A stretch of DNA of 64,000 bases from a bacterium. GTDB taxonomy: Bacteria > JACRDZ01 > JAQUKH01. Positions 48,517 through 58,780 of this stretch are shown here, one piece after another. Below the pieces are notes generated by a model. It was given only the letters and a program-made list of their open reading frames with translations, was not told where the DNA came from and did no database searches. Location of the stretch: contig JAQUKH010000002.1 in the NCBI GenBank assembly GCA_028719205.1, forward strand, positions 96,828-160,827, written 5' to 3'. Position numbers and translations under genes: made by a program. How positions within the stretch are numbered: the first letter of the stretch is position 1; each line of letters opens with the position of its first letter.

Positions 48517-49449
48517 ATGCAAAAACTTATATCTATTTTTACTCCTTGTTATAACGAAGAGGAGAATATCAAATTAATTTATTCACGGGTTAAATCTGTA
48601 ATGAACGGGTTTAATAATTACAGTTATGAACATGTTTTTATTGATAATTGTTCAAAAGACAAAACATTAAATATTTTAAGAGATATTGCTTCAAAAGATA
48701 AAAATGTCAAGATAATAGTGAATGCAAAGAATTTTGGAATAATTCGGTCAGGTTTTCATGGAATAATTCAATGTAAGGGGGACGCTGTAATACCTATAGC
48801 CGCTGACCTGCAGGATCCGCCGGAGATGATCAGAGATTTTATTCTCAAATGGGAAGAAGGTTATAAACTGGTTATTGGGGTGAAAACAAATAGCAAAGAG
48901 AACCCGGTAATGTATTTAATTCGTAAAATATTTTACGATATTATTTCTCGAATAGCTGAGACTGAACAAATCAAAAATTTTAACGGTTATGCTCTTTATG
49001 ACAAATCGTTTATTGAAGTAATTTCTAAAATTGATGATCCTTACCCGTATTTTAGAGGAATGGTTTCTGATTTCGGATTTGATCGTTACGAAATCCCTTA
49101 TAATCAGCCAAAGCGTGAACGCGGAAAATCGAGTTACAGTTTTTATTCTCTTTACGACACCGCTATGCAGGGATTTGTTAATCATTCAAAAGTACCGTTA
49201 CGATTGGCTAGTTTCATCGGTTTTGGCGTAGCTATAATAAGTTTTATGGTCGCAATAGGTTATTTTATATATAAACTATTTTATTGGGACAATTTTCAGG
49301 TTGGTGTCGCGCCTTTGGTGACAGGTATTTTCTTCTTTAGCGGAGTCCAATTGTTTTTTTTGGGAATAATTGGTGAATATATCGGCGCAATTTTTACTCA
49401 AGTTAAGAAGCGTCCATTAGTTATAGAAAAAGAGAGAATTAATTTTTGA
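48517..49449 (+). CDS. GT2 polyisoprenyl-phosphate glycosyltransferase (GtrB-like, two C-terminal TM helices)
   Basis: ISIFTPCYNEEENI, IDNCSKDKT, ADLQDPPE, followed by two TM helices. Confidence 0.8.
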   Translation: MQKLISIFTPCYNEEENIKLIYSRVKSVMNGFNNYSYEHVFIDNCSKDKTLNILRDIASKDKNVKIIVNAKNFGIIRSGFHGIIQCKGDAVIPIAADLQDPPEMIRDFILKWEEGYKLVIGVKTNSKENPVMYLIRKIFYDIISRIAETEQIKNFNGYALYDKSFIEVISKIDDPYPYFRGMVSDFGFDRYEIPYNQPKRERGKSSYSFYSLYDTAMQGFVNHSKVPLRLASFIGFGVAIISFMVAIGYFIYKLFYWDNFQVGVAPLVTGIFFFSGVQLFFLGIIGEYIGAIFTQVKKRPLVIEKERINF

Positions 49450-49451
49450 TT

Positions 49452-50318
49452 CTATCCCTTGCGTCTCAATTTCTTGATTATCGGCATTTCGCGCTGAGTT
49501 ACTTTTTTGATCCCATCTCCCATGGCTATCTCCATTACGCGTATTCCTGAAACCATCTTGATCACTCCTCCCGGCCCGAGTGATGCCGCCTGATCTGATC
49601 CCCACATAGCCCTATCCAAAGTTATATGACGTTCCACTACACAGGCACCCAGAGCTATCACGGATACTGATGTCGGTATACCGGTTTCATGGCCGGAATA
49701 GCCGGTAGGAACCCCATATCGCTGCCGCAAGACGGGAATAACGGACAGGTTCAATTCATCATAGTTAGCCGGATAAGTACTGGTCGCGTGCAGGATAACC
49801 ATATCTTTCTTCCCGAGAACTTCTACCGCGTGATCAATCTGTTCTATGGTGCTCATTCCCGTAGATAAGATAATCGGTTTACCCTTCGCCCTTGTGTATC
49901 TCAGTAGGTCGTCATCGGTCAAACTGGCCGAGGCTATCTTATAACAAGGTACATCAAACTGGTCGATAAAATCGACCGAACCTTCATCCCAGCACGAGGC
50001 GAACCAGGTTATCCCTTTTTCCCGGCAGTACCGGTTGATCTCCTGGTATTCCTCTATCTCAAACTCCAAGCCGTATTTCAGGTCACCATTGGTCTTTCCA
50101 AAAGGACTTTCGCGGGGAGCCGCCAGTTCTTCGGGTTTATATACCACCTCTATGTTTCGCTTCTGAAACTTGACAGCATCGCATCCGGCCAATTTAGCCA
50201 GGTCTATAAGTTTTTTTGCTATATCTATATCACCGTTATGGTTGATGCCGATTTCCGCAATTATATAACATGGATGGCCTTCCCCGATTTTCCTGTTGCC
50301 TATTTGAACCGATATCAT
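49452..50318 (-). CDS. NeuB-family PEP-condensing sugar synthase (N-acetylneuraminate synthase-like TIM barrel, no C-terminal SAF domain)
   Basis: IIAEIGINHNGD, AVKFQK, YKIASA, GYSGHE motifs. 288 aa. Confidence 0.75.
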   Translation of the reverse strand: MISVQIGNRKIGEGHPCYIIAEIGINHNGDIDIAKKLIDLAKLAGCDAVKFQKRNIEVVYKPEELAAPRESPFGKTNGDLKYGLEFEIEEYQEINRYCREKGITWFASCWDEGSVDFIDQFDVPCYKIASASLTDDDLLRYTRAKGKPIILSTGMSTIEQIDHAVEVLGKKDMVILHATSTYPANYDELNLSVIPVLRQRYGVPTGYSGHETGIPTSVSVIALGACVVERHITLDRAMWGSDQAASLGPGGVIKMVSGIRVMEIAMGDGIKKVTQREMPIIKKLRRKG

Positions 50319-50409
50319 TTCCAGTCCTCCCTTTTATTTTTTTTGGCGTTTCATTTCCCGCCGCCTATTATTCAATTATACATCATTTTAACTTTTTAAA
50401 CCTAAATAT

Positions 50410-51459
50410 TTATTTTTTTAAATTTTTTGGATCAAGCTTTTCAATAGGAAATCCGTCAACTTTATCTTCAACAGGGAACAAGCGAAACCAATCGCAATTT
50501 TTACAAAGCCTGTTTTGATGCTTATTGCCGGACAACAGCATTTTCCTAAAATTAAAAAGATCTTCGCCTTCCCAAATTTCTTTTAATGTATGCAATTTAA
50601 CATTGTCTATTCGAGTTGCCCGGGGAGCATCGTGTGTACACATAACGACATCGCCGTTAGAACAGATAACCATTCCAATAAAAGGCCTTGGGCATGTTTT
50701 TAGATCATGAAGGCTTTTATCATAGTCTTCACGCGTTCGTTTTGCGTCTTCAGGATTCGTATAATAAGAACCAATTAAATCCGCATTATTATATTTTGAC
50801 GCGTCAAAAACTTTTTCGAAACCAATTTCGTCTGCAATATCTTTATATAAATTTATAAAAACTTCATTTTCACTGGTATAAGTGTCAAACATTTTAACAA
50901 AAATATATGGTTTTGAACTTCCTTTTTTATCGCGGATCCTTTTTAACGCTGCTATGTTATCCCTGATCTTGTGTATATCAATGCTGTTATTGGTTACACT
51001 TTTATGGTGGTCATTAATCACGGAATAAATGGAAAAACGAATAGCATCTAATTGGTATTCTACAAGTTTTTCGCTTATAGCTTCAGTAAGCAAAGAGCCA
51101 TTGCTAAACATATCCAGACGTTCAGCAATATCCGCATCCTTTGCCATTTTGATCATTTCACACATTTTTGGATGTAAAAAAGGTTCTCCCAGGGCTGTCA
51201 ACCTGAGTAATTTTAATTTTGGGCCGGGCCATGTTCGCAATTCATCAATCATTTTTTTATATAGATCGAAATCCAAATGAATAAATGGCTTCAAATCTTC
51301 CCGATTTTTTTCCTGTCCATGCGCGCAGGGCTTACATTTAAAATTGCAGAAATTTGTAGGCTCAATAAAAATAGAGAAAGGTTTCTTAAGCGGCAGTAAA
51401 TCACGCAATAGCCTTCTGTTTGACTTATTGATTATTGTAAAATCGTTACTTTTTTCCAT
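50410..51459 (-). CDS. Radical SAM enzyme with C-terminal Cys-rich (SPASM/twitch-like) extension
   Basis: CNFKCKPC CxxxCxxC motif. C-terminal CSNGDVVMC...CKNC. Confidence 0.75.
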   Translation of the reverse strand: MEKSNDFTIINKSNRRLLRDLLPLKKPFSIFIEPTNFCNFKCKPCAHGQEKNREDLKPFIHLDFDLYKKMIDELRTWPGPKLKLLRLTALGEPFLHPKMCEMIKMAKDADIAERLDMFSNGSLLTEAISEKLVEYQLDAIRFSIYSVINDHHKSVTNNSIDIHKIRDNIAALKRIRDKKGSSKPYIFVKMFDTYTSENEVFINLYKDIADEIGFEKVFDASKYNNADLIGSYYTNPEDAKRTREDYDKSLHDLKTCPRPFIGMVICSNGDVVMCTHDAPRATRIDNVKLHTLKEIWEGEDLFNFRKMLLSGNKHQNRLCKNCDWFRLFPVEDKVDGFPIEKLDPKNLKK

Positions 51460-51484
51460 ATAATACCCCCCCCTCTATTACTTT

Positions 51485-52549
51485 TTATTTTATAAAATCA
51501 TCTGCTGAAAAAGCCTCTTTCCAGCTTATCGGAAGCGGTTTCCCATAAAATTTAGACATATAATTTTTAATGAAATTCCTGTCCAAACCTGCAAGACAAA
51601 CAGGATTCCGTTTGTGAAAGAACTTGATTTTAAATGACCTCTCAATAATATCCTTAAGAGGTTCTTCAAAAATATTTCCCATGGAAATATGTATAAATCC
51701 GCAGGGTAAAAAATCACCATATTTTGTTATATGGGAATTCTTTATGATGCATGCGCATCCGCCGCGCTCTTCGCCGTATGAAGGCAGCATATCCCATTGA
51801 AGCATTGGATATTCTTTTTTCAATTCAATCAAATAGTTAACGTCCTGTTCATCAAGTAAAACTTCTTCCTTGCCTTCCCATCTTCCTACCGCCTTTGCTA
51901 TCATAATATCAAAGTTAAATAAATTTTTTTGACAAAATTCCGCGATTTGTTTCGTAGCGGGAGTTCGACAAGTCTGGTGCGAGATTACTGTTTGAATATT
52001 GACCTGTAAACCCGCTTCTCTTGCGATAAAAAGGGCCTCAATCGCTTTTTTATATCCTTCATTTTTGCCCCTTGTCTGTTGATATATTTTTTCATCGATG
52101 CTGTCCAGGCTGATCTTGACTTTATCCAAACCGATTTTTTTTAAGTGCTCCGCGCGGCTTTTGTCTAAAAGCAAGCCATTTGTACTCATCGCGAGGTGAA
52201 ACTTCTCAGGATTCAAGGCGGAAATAACATCATCTATATCAGGGAAAGTCAGCGGTTCGCCGCCGGAAATTGTGAATTGAGCGAGGCCCATTTCATCTGC
52301 CTGACGGGAAAGATCTTTTAGTGATTCTATTGTTAAGACTTTTTTCTTTTTCGCCAGGCTAAGATTTGAGCAATGCGCGCAGTGCATATTGCATCTATAA
52401 TCATAACACAAATCTATCATTGTGACTGATTCGCCCCGGGCTACTTTTTCAGGAAATCTCATGATTTTTTCAAAAACAAGAGGTTTTTCCCGTTTTAGTT
52501 TTTCCCGCCTTAAATTTTCAACTTCTTTTCTGCTTTTTTCAATTATCAT
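51485..52549 (-). CDS. Radical SAM enzyme with C-terminal Cys-rich extension
   Basis: CNMHCAHC motif, GGEPL. C-terminal GGCACII...CGF. Confidence 0.75.
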   Translation of the reverse strand: MIIEKSRKEVENLRREKLKREKPLVFEKIMRFPEKVARGESVTMIDLCYDYRCNMHCAHCSNLSLAKKKKVLTIESLKDLSRQADEMGLAQFTISGGEPLTFPDIDDVISALNPEKFHLAMSTNGLLLDKSRAEHLKKIGLDKVKISLDSIDEKIYQQTRGKNEGYKKAIEALFIAREAGLQVNIQTVISHQTCRTPATKQIAEFCQKNLFNFDIMIAKAVGRWEGKEEVLLDEQDVNYLIELKKEYPMLQWDMLPSYGEERGGCACIIKNSHITKYGDFLPCGFIHISMGNIFEEPLKDIIERSFKIKFFHKRNPVCLAGLDRNFIKNYMSKFYGKPLPISWKEAFSADDFIK

Positions 52550-52580
52550 AAGTAATGCCCTTTATAATTCTATAATTGTT

Positions 52581-53702
52581 TCATATTGCAAAGCATACAG
52601 TCTCTCTCAAATCATCACTATAATGCCGTAAATAAATTTTATAATCAGGAACTAACGTTTTTAAATAAAATGGTATCTTCCAAAAATGGTCCGGAGAATG
52701 ATAGACGCATATGGCAAGTTTAGGTTTATATTTTTTTATTATTTTTTCAGCTCCTATCAGCGCCTCCATCTCCGCTCCTTCAATATCCATTTTGATATAA
52801 GTCGGAATTATATCTTTCAAATGTTCAGAAAGAGCGACGACATGCCCGGTTATCCCGGATGAATTATTAATGCATGTGGATGAAGTATTTGAATGATATT
52901 TAATCGTCATATTCTTGTTAAAAAGGCCTAAGTTATTGCAAATGATTTTCCCCTGGATATCCGGCTTCAATTTCTGAATATTTTTTTGCAATCTTAAATA
53001 ATTGTTGTAATCTAGTTCATAGGAAATAATTTTATTAAATTTATTATTTGTTTTTATTAAAAAATCTTGAATTGTGTCTCCGTCATATGTCCCGACATCA
53101 ACAAATACTTCATTATCTGTAAGATTAAGTATATTTTCCGGGAAATACTGAATTCCATCTTTTTTAATACCAACTTTAGTATCGTAAGAAGAAATCGGGC
53201 TGTACCAGTTTTTTAATATAGTAATAAAGCTGTCAATTGATTCTTTATCCGATAAAATATCAGCTAAATTGCACATATTCTCTTTTAAGCTATTGGCGTC
53301 GCTTTTTAATAAGTAATCCTTTATCCCTAATAATAGAAATTTTGGGAATATAATATAATTATTGAAATTAAGTGTTTTTAATTGCTTAATAATTTCTTCG
53401 TAATAACTTGAGGTAATAATAATTAATAGATTACCCTTATAATTATCAAGCTGAAGGGGGGCTTTGCAGGGAATGTTCAGACAAATTTCTTTGTCCCATA
53501 AATCAGGTTTATTATCGAAAAAGAAATCTATTTTAATATTTTTTGAATTCAGGAAAAGCGCCAGATCAATTCCTCTGATATTCGCGCCGAATAAGCATAA
53601 ATGTTCAGCCTTATTTAATCGGGCATACAATTCTTTCACTTCACTGCCTGATGACTTGTTATATAAATCTATCAAACTGCAAATTTCTTGTTTATAATCC
53701 AT
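52581..53702 (-). CDS. FkbM-family methyltransferase with N-terminal Rossmann-like domain
   Basis: VDVGTYDGD and C-terminal YIKMDIEGAEMEAL as in the FkbM family. Confidence 0.7.
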   Translation of the reverse strand: MDYKQEICSLIDLYNKSSGSEVKELYARLNKAEHLCLFGANIRGIDLALFLNSKNIKIDFFFDNKPDLWDKEICLNIPCKAPLQLDNYKGNLLIIITSSYYEEIIKQLKTLNFNNYIIFPKFLLLGIKDYLLKSDANSLKENMCNLADILSDKESIDSFITILKNWYSPISSYDTKVGIKKDGIQYFPENILNLTDNEVFVDVGTYDGDTIQDFLIKTNNKFNKIISYELDYNNYLRLQKNIQKLKPDIQGKIICNNLGLFNKNMTIKYHSNTSSTCINNSSGITGHVVALSEHLKDIIPTYIKMDIEGAEMEALIGAEKIIKKYKPKLAICVYHSPDHFWKIPFYLKTLVPDYKIYLRHYSDDLRETVCFAI

Positions 53703-53713
53703 AATGATCCTCG

Positions 53714-54712
53714 CTAAAATCCGATCTTTTTCTTTATTTCAAGGGCTATTTTTAGGACATCGATTCCTGCATTTAAAGGAATCATGGAATCCTTTACACC
53801 ATTTATCAGCATAATAAAATCCTTTATTTCATCAATAAACATATCATTTCTATCAAAATTTTCAGATATATTTATAACAGTAGGAGCAATTTCTTTATCT
53901 CTATATAAAATTGTCAAATTTTTTGCGTAATAGTCCCAAAACATCTTACCCTTGGTGCCGATTATTTCGAATGATCTTGTTGGAGGATATTGCCAATAAT
54001 CGAGGTGCAGCGAAACAATAAAATTATTCTTATATTCTAGTATAGATTTTACCATATCTTCAGCATCACCGTCAAGAGGTGTTATTTTCCCGCCGATAGA
54101 ATAAATATTTTCCGGCATACCAAAGAACCAGTAAAGGTAATCAATATCGTGACTGAAACATAAGACCGCCCCGCCTCCGCCGCTTTTATAAGCAGCGTAT
54201 GTAGTCCGGTAATCTTCCCATGGATGCCAATCCTCAATATTTTCTCCCATAACTATATTTGCTGATATCGGTTTTCCGATCTCTCCGCTTTCCACCATGG
54301 TTTTCATTTTTTTCAGCAAGGGATGCCATCGTAAATTATACCCGATCATGATTTTTAGCTTTTTTTGTTCAGCAAGGGATTTTAACTCATCAAGGCCATC
54401 CAAATTGTTTGAAAGGGGTTTTTCTATGAAAAGATGTTTACCTGATCTTGCGGCCCGCAATGAAATATCAATGTGCCTGCTGTTTGGGTTTGTCACAAAA
54501 ACGGCATCGGGATTAAAATCATTGATCGCTTCTTCAAAATTATAATAAGATTTGACCTTTAGGCCGGATTTTGCCTGTTCCTGAAAAAATTTTTCTACAA
54601 ATGGAGTATTTGTTCTGCTAAATCGAAATGCCGCCACCTCATGTCCAAGAGATTTGAGGTTCTTATAATGTCTTTGTCCTATTGATCCGATTCCACAAAT
54701 TAAGAATTTCAT
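53714..54712 (-). CDS. Gfo/Idh/MocA-family NAD(P)-dependent oxidoreductase
   Basis: MKFLICGIGSIGQRH N-terminal Rossmann. EKP motif. Confidence 0.8.
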   Translation of the reverse strand: MKFLICGIGSIGQRHYKNLKSLGHEVAAFRFSRTNTPFVEKFFQEQAKSGLKVKSYYNFEEAINDFNPDAVFVTNPNSRHIDISLRAARSGKHLFIEKPLSNNLDGLDELKSLAEQKKLKIMIGYNLRWHPLLKKMKTMVESGEIGKPISANIVMGENIEDWHPWEDYRTTYAAYKSGGGGAVLCFSHDIDYLYWFFGMPENIYSIGGKITPLDGDAEDMVKSILEYKNNFIVSLHLDYWQYPPTRSFEIIGTKGKMFWDYYAKNLTILYRDKEIAPTVINISENFDRNDMFIDEIKDFIMLINGVKDSMIPLNAGIDVLKIALEIKKKIGF

Positions 54713-55458
54713 TATAAAGCTGTTCTTCCGCCGTCGATTACTAACGAAGCGCCTGTCATATAAGAAGATGCCTCAGACAGCAAAAAATGTATTACTCCAT
54801 TGTATTCATCTTTTTTTGCCATTCTTCCCAGCATATTCAAATTGCTGTTTCTCTTAACAAAATCTTCAGGCTGATTGTTAAACATACCTCCCGGCACGGC
54901 GGCATTTACCCTGATATTATATCTGCCAAGATATGACGCCCACGACCTCATTAATCCCAAAATGCCGGTTTTTGAAGTGACATAAGCTATATCCTTAAAT
55001 TTACCCTGGTCATAAATGCTGTTATTAGGAGCGATCATAGCAAGATCTGAGGACACATAAATAATAGAACCGCTGCGTTGTTTCATCATATGAGGTGCTG
55101 CAGCCTGAGTAATAATATGAGCTGCCGTCAGATTAACTTCTAACTCTTTCTTCCAAAGTTCCAACGGGAAATCCTCATAAGGTTTCCAGAAGTCTTTCGC
55201 GGTTTCACTTCCCGGAGAAGCATTAATAGCAGCTACATTTACAAGGCCATCGATCCGGCCGTATTTTTTGATTATTTCCTCAACATTTTTTATTACTTCC
55301 TTTTGATTTGTGATATCAACAGGATTTTCACCCGTTTTATCAAAATTAACCGTGGTAGCCCCGCATTGATCTAAATATTTTTTAAACTGGGAACCTAAAA
55401 AACCATTTCCGCCTGTAATAATTATTACTTTGTCAGCGATCGAAAAAATATTTTTCAT
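54712..55458 (-). CDS. SDR-family oxidoreductase
   Basis: ITGGNGFLG. Yx3K (YVTSK). Confidence 0.8.
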   Translation of the reverse strand: MKNIFSIADKVIIITGGNGFLGSQFKKYLDQCGATTVNFDKTGENPVDITNQKEVIKNVEEIIKKYGRIDGLVNVAAINASPGSETAKDFWKPYEDFPLELWKKELEVNLTAAHIITQAAAPHMMKQRSGSIIYVSSDLAMIAPNNSIYDQGKFKDIAYVTSKTGILGLMRSWASYLGRYNIRVNAAVPGGMFNNQPEDFVKRNSNLNMLGRMAKKDEYNGVIHFLLSEASSYMTGASLVIDGGRTAL

Positions 55459-55461
55459 AAT

Positions 55462-57279
55462 TTAGTTTTCTTCTTCTATCAAGGGGATATACATATTGGA
55501 CAAAAGCTCATCTCGATCCAAAAAAGGCCATTGATCTTCCAATGGTTTGGATACCATTGTTCCGTCTTTCTTTCGTTTTGAAGAAACCTTTGGGGATACC
55601 TTAAAATCAGGTATGACAAGAACATCACAGATGACCGGCCCGTCATAATCGAATACATCTTTGATTTTTGTTTCCAGTTCACTCGTATCATTAATTCTGA
55701 CTGCCTTTATTTTATAAGCTTCCGCGATAGAAATGATATCAGGCAATGTCAATCCTGAAGACGGGCCATTGCCTAAAAAATTACCATTAAAATGAGTTTC
55801 TTGCATTGTCCTGATTGATGAGTATCCGTTATTGTTCATTACAAAAATTTTAACAGGCAAATTTAATCTATGGAGTGTTTCCAGTTCCTGGATGTTCAAC
55901 TGGATGCCTCCATCACCCGCGATACAGATGGTTCTTTTTCCGCCATTCGCGATTGACGCGCTTATGCTTAAAGGAAGTTCAAAACCCATTGGGCCTAATC
56001 CATGATTAGTAAGGAACTTCTGATTTTTTTTGATCTTAAATGCCTGGAATGTATATTCCGCGGTGGTTCCGGCGCAACATGGAGAAATTATATCATCACT
56101 ATCAGCAATATGAGATATTAAATCTATTAATTGGTAAGGATTGACCAGGCCGGATTTTGTAAAATAATCTTTTCTGATAATAGGATATTTATTACGCCAT
56201 TCTTTTATTTTATCCTTCCATTTTGATATATCCCTGATCTTGATTTTATCAGATCTCTCTAATAATTCTTCCATTATCAATTTTGCGTCCGCGGCGATCT
56301 TTAAATCAACTTTAAAATTAAGTTTCTTTATTTCATTAGGGTCAATATCTATAACGATTTTTTTCGCGGCTCTTGCAAAAGATTTTGTATCAAATCCTGT
56401 TTGCGTGAAATCCAGCCTTGAACCGATCGATATCAAGAGATCAGAATTTTGAACCGCAAAATTCGCGGCACGTTCGCCCAATAACCCGCCTCTTCCCGCG
56501 TACAAGGGATGTTCTTCAGGAAATAAATCCATTGCTTTCCACGTTGGAATTACAGGGATACCTAATTTTATTATTAAATCAAAAAATATTTTTTTTGATT
56601 TTGAAATTTTTATCCCGTCTCCCGCGATTATTACAGGCCTTTCAGAATTATTTAACAATTTAATAATTTTATTTATTTTGTTATCGAATATTGAAATATC
56701 GGCCTTCTTTCCATTTAATTCCAATGGATCAAAACTTTTTAGATCCGTTTCTTCGATGATGCTTCCTTGTACATCCAATGGGATATCAAGCCATACAGGC
56801 CCGGGCCTTCCGCTCAATGCCAGATATAAAGCTTTTTCCAAATGGTATTTAATCATATCCGGCTCCATTACAGTAACAGAATATTTTGTAATTGATTGAA
56901 CCATTGATATGATATCAACTTCCTGGATCCCTAATTGGCGTATTTTTTTGCCTTTCATTATATCCGGCCTTTTAACCTGGCCCGAAAAAAACATACAAGG
57001 GATCGAGTCGATCCATGCCGCGCAAACTCCGGTGATCGCATTAGTGCCTCCGGGGCCGGTCGTAACCAAACCGACTCCGATATGCTCTGTATGCATCGCA
57101 TACGCTTCGGCAGCAATGGCAACAGATTGTTCATGAAGCATGCAAACAGGTTCAATATCTTTACATCTGGCAAGAGAATCAACTAAATGCATCGCGCCCC
57201 CGCCCGGCAAATAAAAAACATGCTTTACTTTCTGCCTGGTAATGAATTTTATAATATAATCTGATAACTTAATTTTCAT
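55462..57279 (-). CDS. Thiamine-diphosphate-dependent enzyme of the acetolactate-synthase large-subunit family (YerE-like candidate)
   Basis: N-terminal Pyr domain (FYLPGGGAMHL), central domain, C-terminal PP domain (GDGG...NN TPP-binding motif). Confidence 0.8.
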   Translation of the reverse strand: MKIKLSDYIIKFITRQKVKHVFYLPGGGAMHLVDSLARCKDIEPVCMLHEQSVAIAAEAYAMHTEHIGVGLVTTGPGGTNAITGVCAAWIDSIPCMFFSGQVKRPDIMKGKKIRQLGIQEVDIISMVQSITKYSVTVMEPDMIKYHLEKALYLALSGRPGPVWLDIPLDVQGSIIEETDLKSFDPLELNGKKADISIFDNKINKIIKLLNNSERPVIIAGDGIKISKSKKIFFDLIIKLGIPVIPTWKAMDLFPEEHPLYAGRGGLLGERAANFAVQNSDLLISIGSRLDFTQTGFDTKSFARAAKKIVIDIDPNEIKKLNFKVDLKIAADAKLIMEELLERSDKIKIRDISKWKDKIKEWRNKYPIIRKDYFTKSGLVNPYQLIDLISHIADSDDIISPCCAGTTAEYTFQAFKIKKNQKFLTNHGLGPMGFELPLSISASIANGGKRTICIAGDGGIQLNIQELETLHRLNLPVKIFVMNNNGYSSIRTMQETHFNGNFLGNGPSSGLTLPDIISIAEAYKIKAVRINDTSELETKIKDVFDYDGPVICDVLVIPDFKVSPKVSSKRKKDGTMVSKPLEDQWPFLDRDELLSNMYIPLIEEEN

Positions 57280-57466
57280 TTTTGCTTTTCATCTTTCTAT
57301 TTCAATATTTTTATAATATTAAAAGATTATAATACAATAAAAAATAGTTGTCAATAAAGTATTGTTGGTGACAGTACATGTATGTTATAATTGAAAAACC
57401 ATTAATATTTAGAGATATAATTTTATCGGAAATATTTTCGCTTATTAAGGAAATCATAGAGCAAAA

Positions 57467-58780
57467 ATGGGAACTAAATTACGAAAAGAAATATTATCAA
57501 AGGTTAAAGAATTTTATAAAATAAAAGATAAGGAAAAATTTGTCCCGGGTAAAACTTTAATTAATTACGCGGGTCGCGTATATGATGAAAAAGAATTAAT
57601 TAATTTAATTGACGCTTCATTGGATTTCTGGCTGACAACCGGCAGATACGCACTGGAATTTGAAAAGAAACTTGCCTATTTTCTCAAAATAAAATATTGT
57701 TTATTAACAAACTCCGGTTCATCAGCCAATCTTTTAGCGGTTTCCGCTTTAACCTCGCCTCTGTTGAAAGAGAAGCGGTTAAAACCGGGAGATGAGGTTA
57801 TTACTACGGCTTGCGGTTTCCCGACAACTCTTAACCCGATATTACAGAATAATTTAGTTCCTGTTTTTATTGATATAAATTTGGGTACATATGATATTCA
57901 GGTTGATAAAATTGAGAAAGCGATCACTAAAAAAACAAAGGCGATTTTTGTTGCCCATACACTTGGTAATCCATTTAATTTAGATAAAATATTAAAACTG
58001 GCTGATAAATACGGTTTATGGCTTCTCGAGGATAATTGTGATGCTCTGGGCTCAAGGTATAAGGGAAAATATACGGGAACATTCGGGCATATTTCTACCG
58101 CCAGTTTTTATCCCGCGCATCATATTACAATGGGGGAGGGTGGGGCAGTTTTAACAAATGACCCGTTGCTGAAAAAAATAATTCTTTCTTTTCGTGATTG
58201 GGGAAGGGATTGTTTCTGTGAACCCGGGCACGATAATACCTGCGGGAAAAGATTCTCTCAGCAATTTGGGGAATTGCCGCCTGGTTATGATCATAAATAT
58301 GTTTATTCGCATATAGGTTATAATTTGAAAGTAACTGATATGCAGGCGGCTATAGGATGCGCCCAATTAGAAAAGCTGCCGGGATTTATTGAAGCACGTA
58401 AAAATAATTTCACGGCTTTGTATAATCACTTGAGAAAATATAATAAATTTTTAGTTCTTCCGGAAGCAACAGAAAATTCTGAACCGAGCTGGTTCGGGTT
58501 TCCTATTCTTGTTAAACAGGGTGTGCCGTTCAGCCGTTCGGATATTGTTAATTATCTTGAAAAAAATAGAATAGCTACAAGGATGCTTTTCGGCGGCAAC
58601 CTGACAAAGCAGCCTGCTTACCTTAAATCGAAATATCGCGTTTCCGGCGGGTTGAAAAATACAGATTTAGTGATGAATAACCTGTTTTGGATCGGGGTGT
58701 ATCCGGGTTTAACTGAAGAAAAAATAGATTACATTGAAAAAATATTTAAACAATTTTTTAATCTACAGGAAAAACGGTAA
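57467..58780 (+). CDS. rfbH: CDP-6-deoxy-D-xylo-4-hexulose-3-dehydrase (E1, RfbH/DdhC), DegT family
   Basis: 437 aa. The usual Lys is replaced by His in the DegT active-site block (FYPAHHITMGEGG). Cys cluster RDWGRDCFCEPGHDNTCGKRF typical of the E1 [2Fe-2S] site. Confidence 0.8.
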   Translation: MGTKLRKEILSKVKEFYKIKDKEKFVPGKTLINYAGRVYDEKELINLIDASLDFWLTTGRYALEFEKKLAYFLKIKYCLLTNSGSSANLLAVSALTSPLLKEKRLKPGDEVITTACGFPTTLNPILQNNLVPVFIDINLGTYDIQVDKIEKAITKKTKAIFVAHTLGNPFNLDKILKLADKYGLWLLEDNCDALGSRYKGKYTGTFGHISTASFYPAHHITMGEGGAVLTNDPLLKKIILSFRDWGRDCFCEPGHDNTCGKRFSQQFGELPPGYDHKYVYSHIGYNLKVTDMQAAIGCAQLEKLPGFIEARKNNFTALYNHLRKYNKFLVLPEATENSEPSWFGFPILVKQGVPFSRSDIVNYLEKNRIATRMLFGGNLTKQPAYLKSKYRVSGGLKNTDLVMNNLFWIGVYPGLTEEKIDYIEKIFKQFFNLQEKR

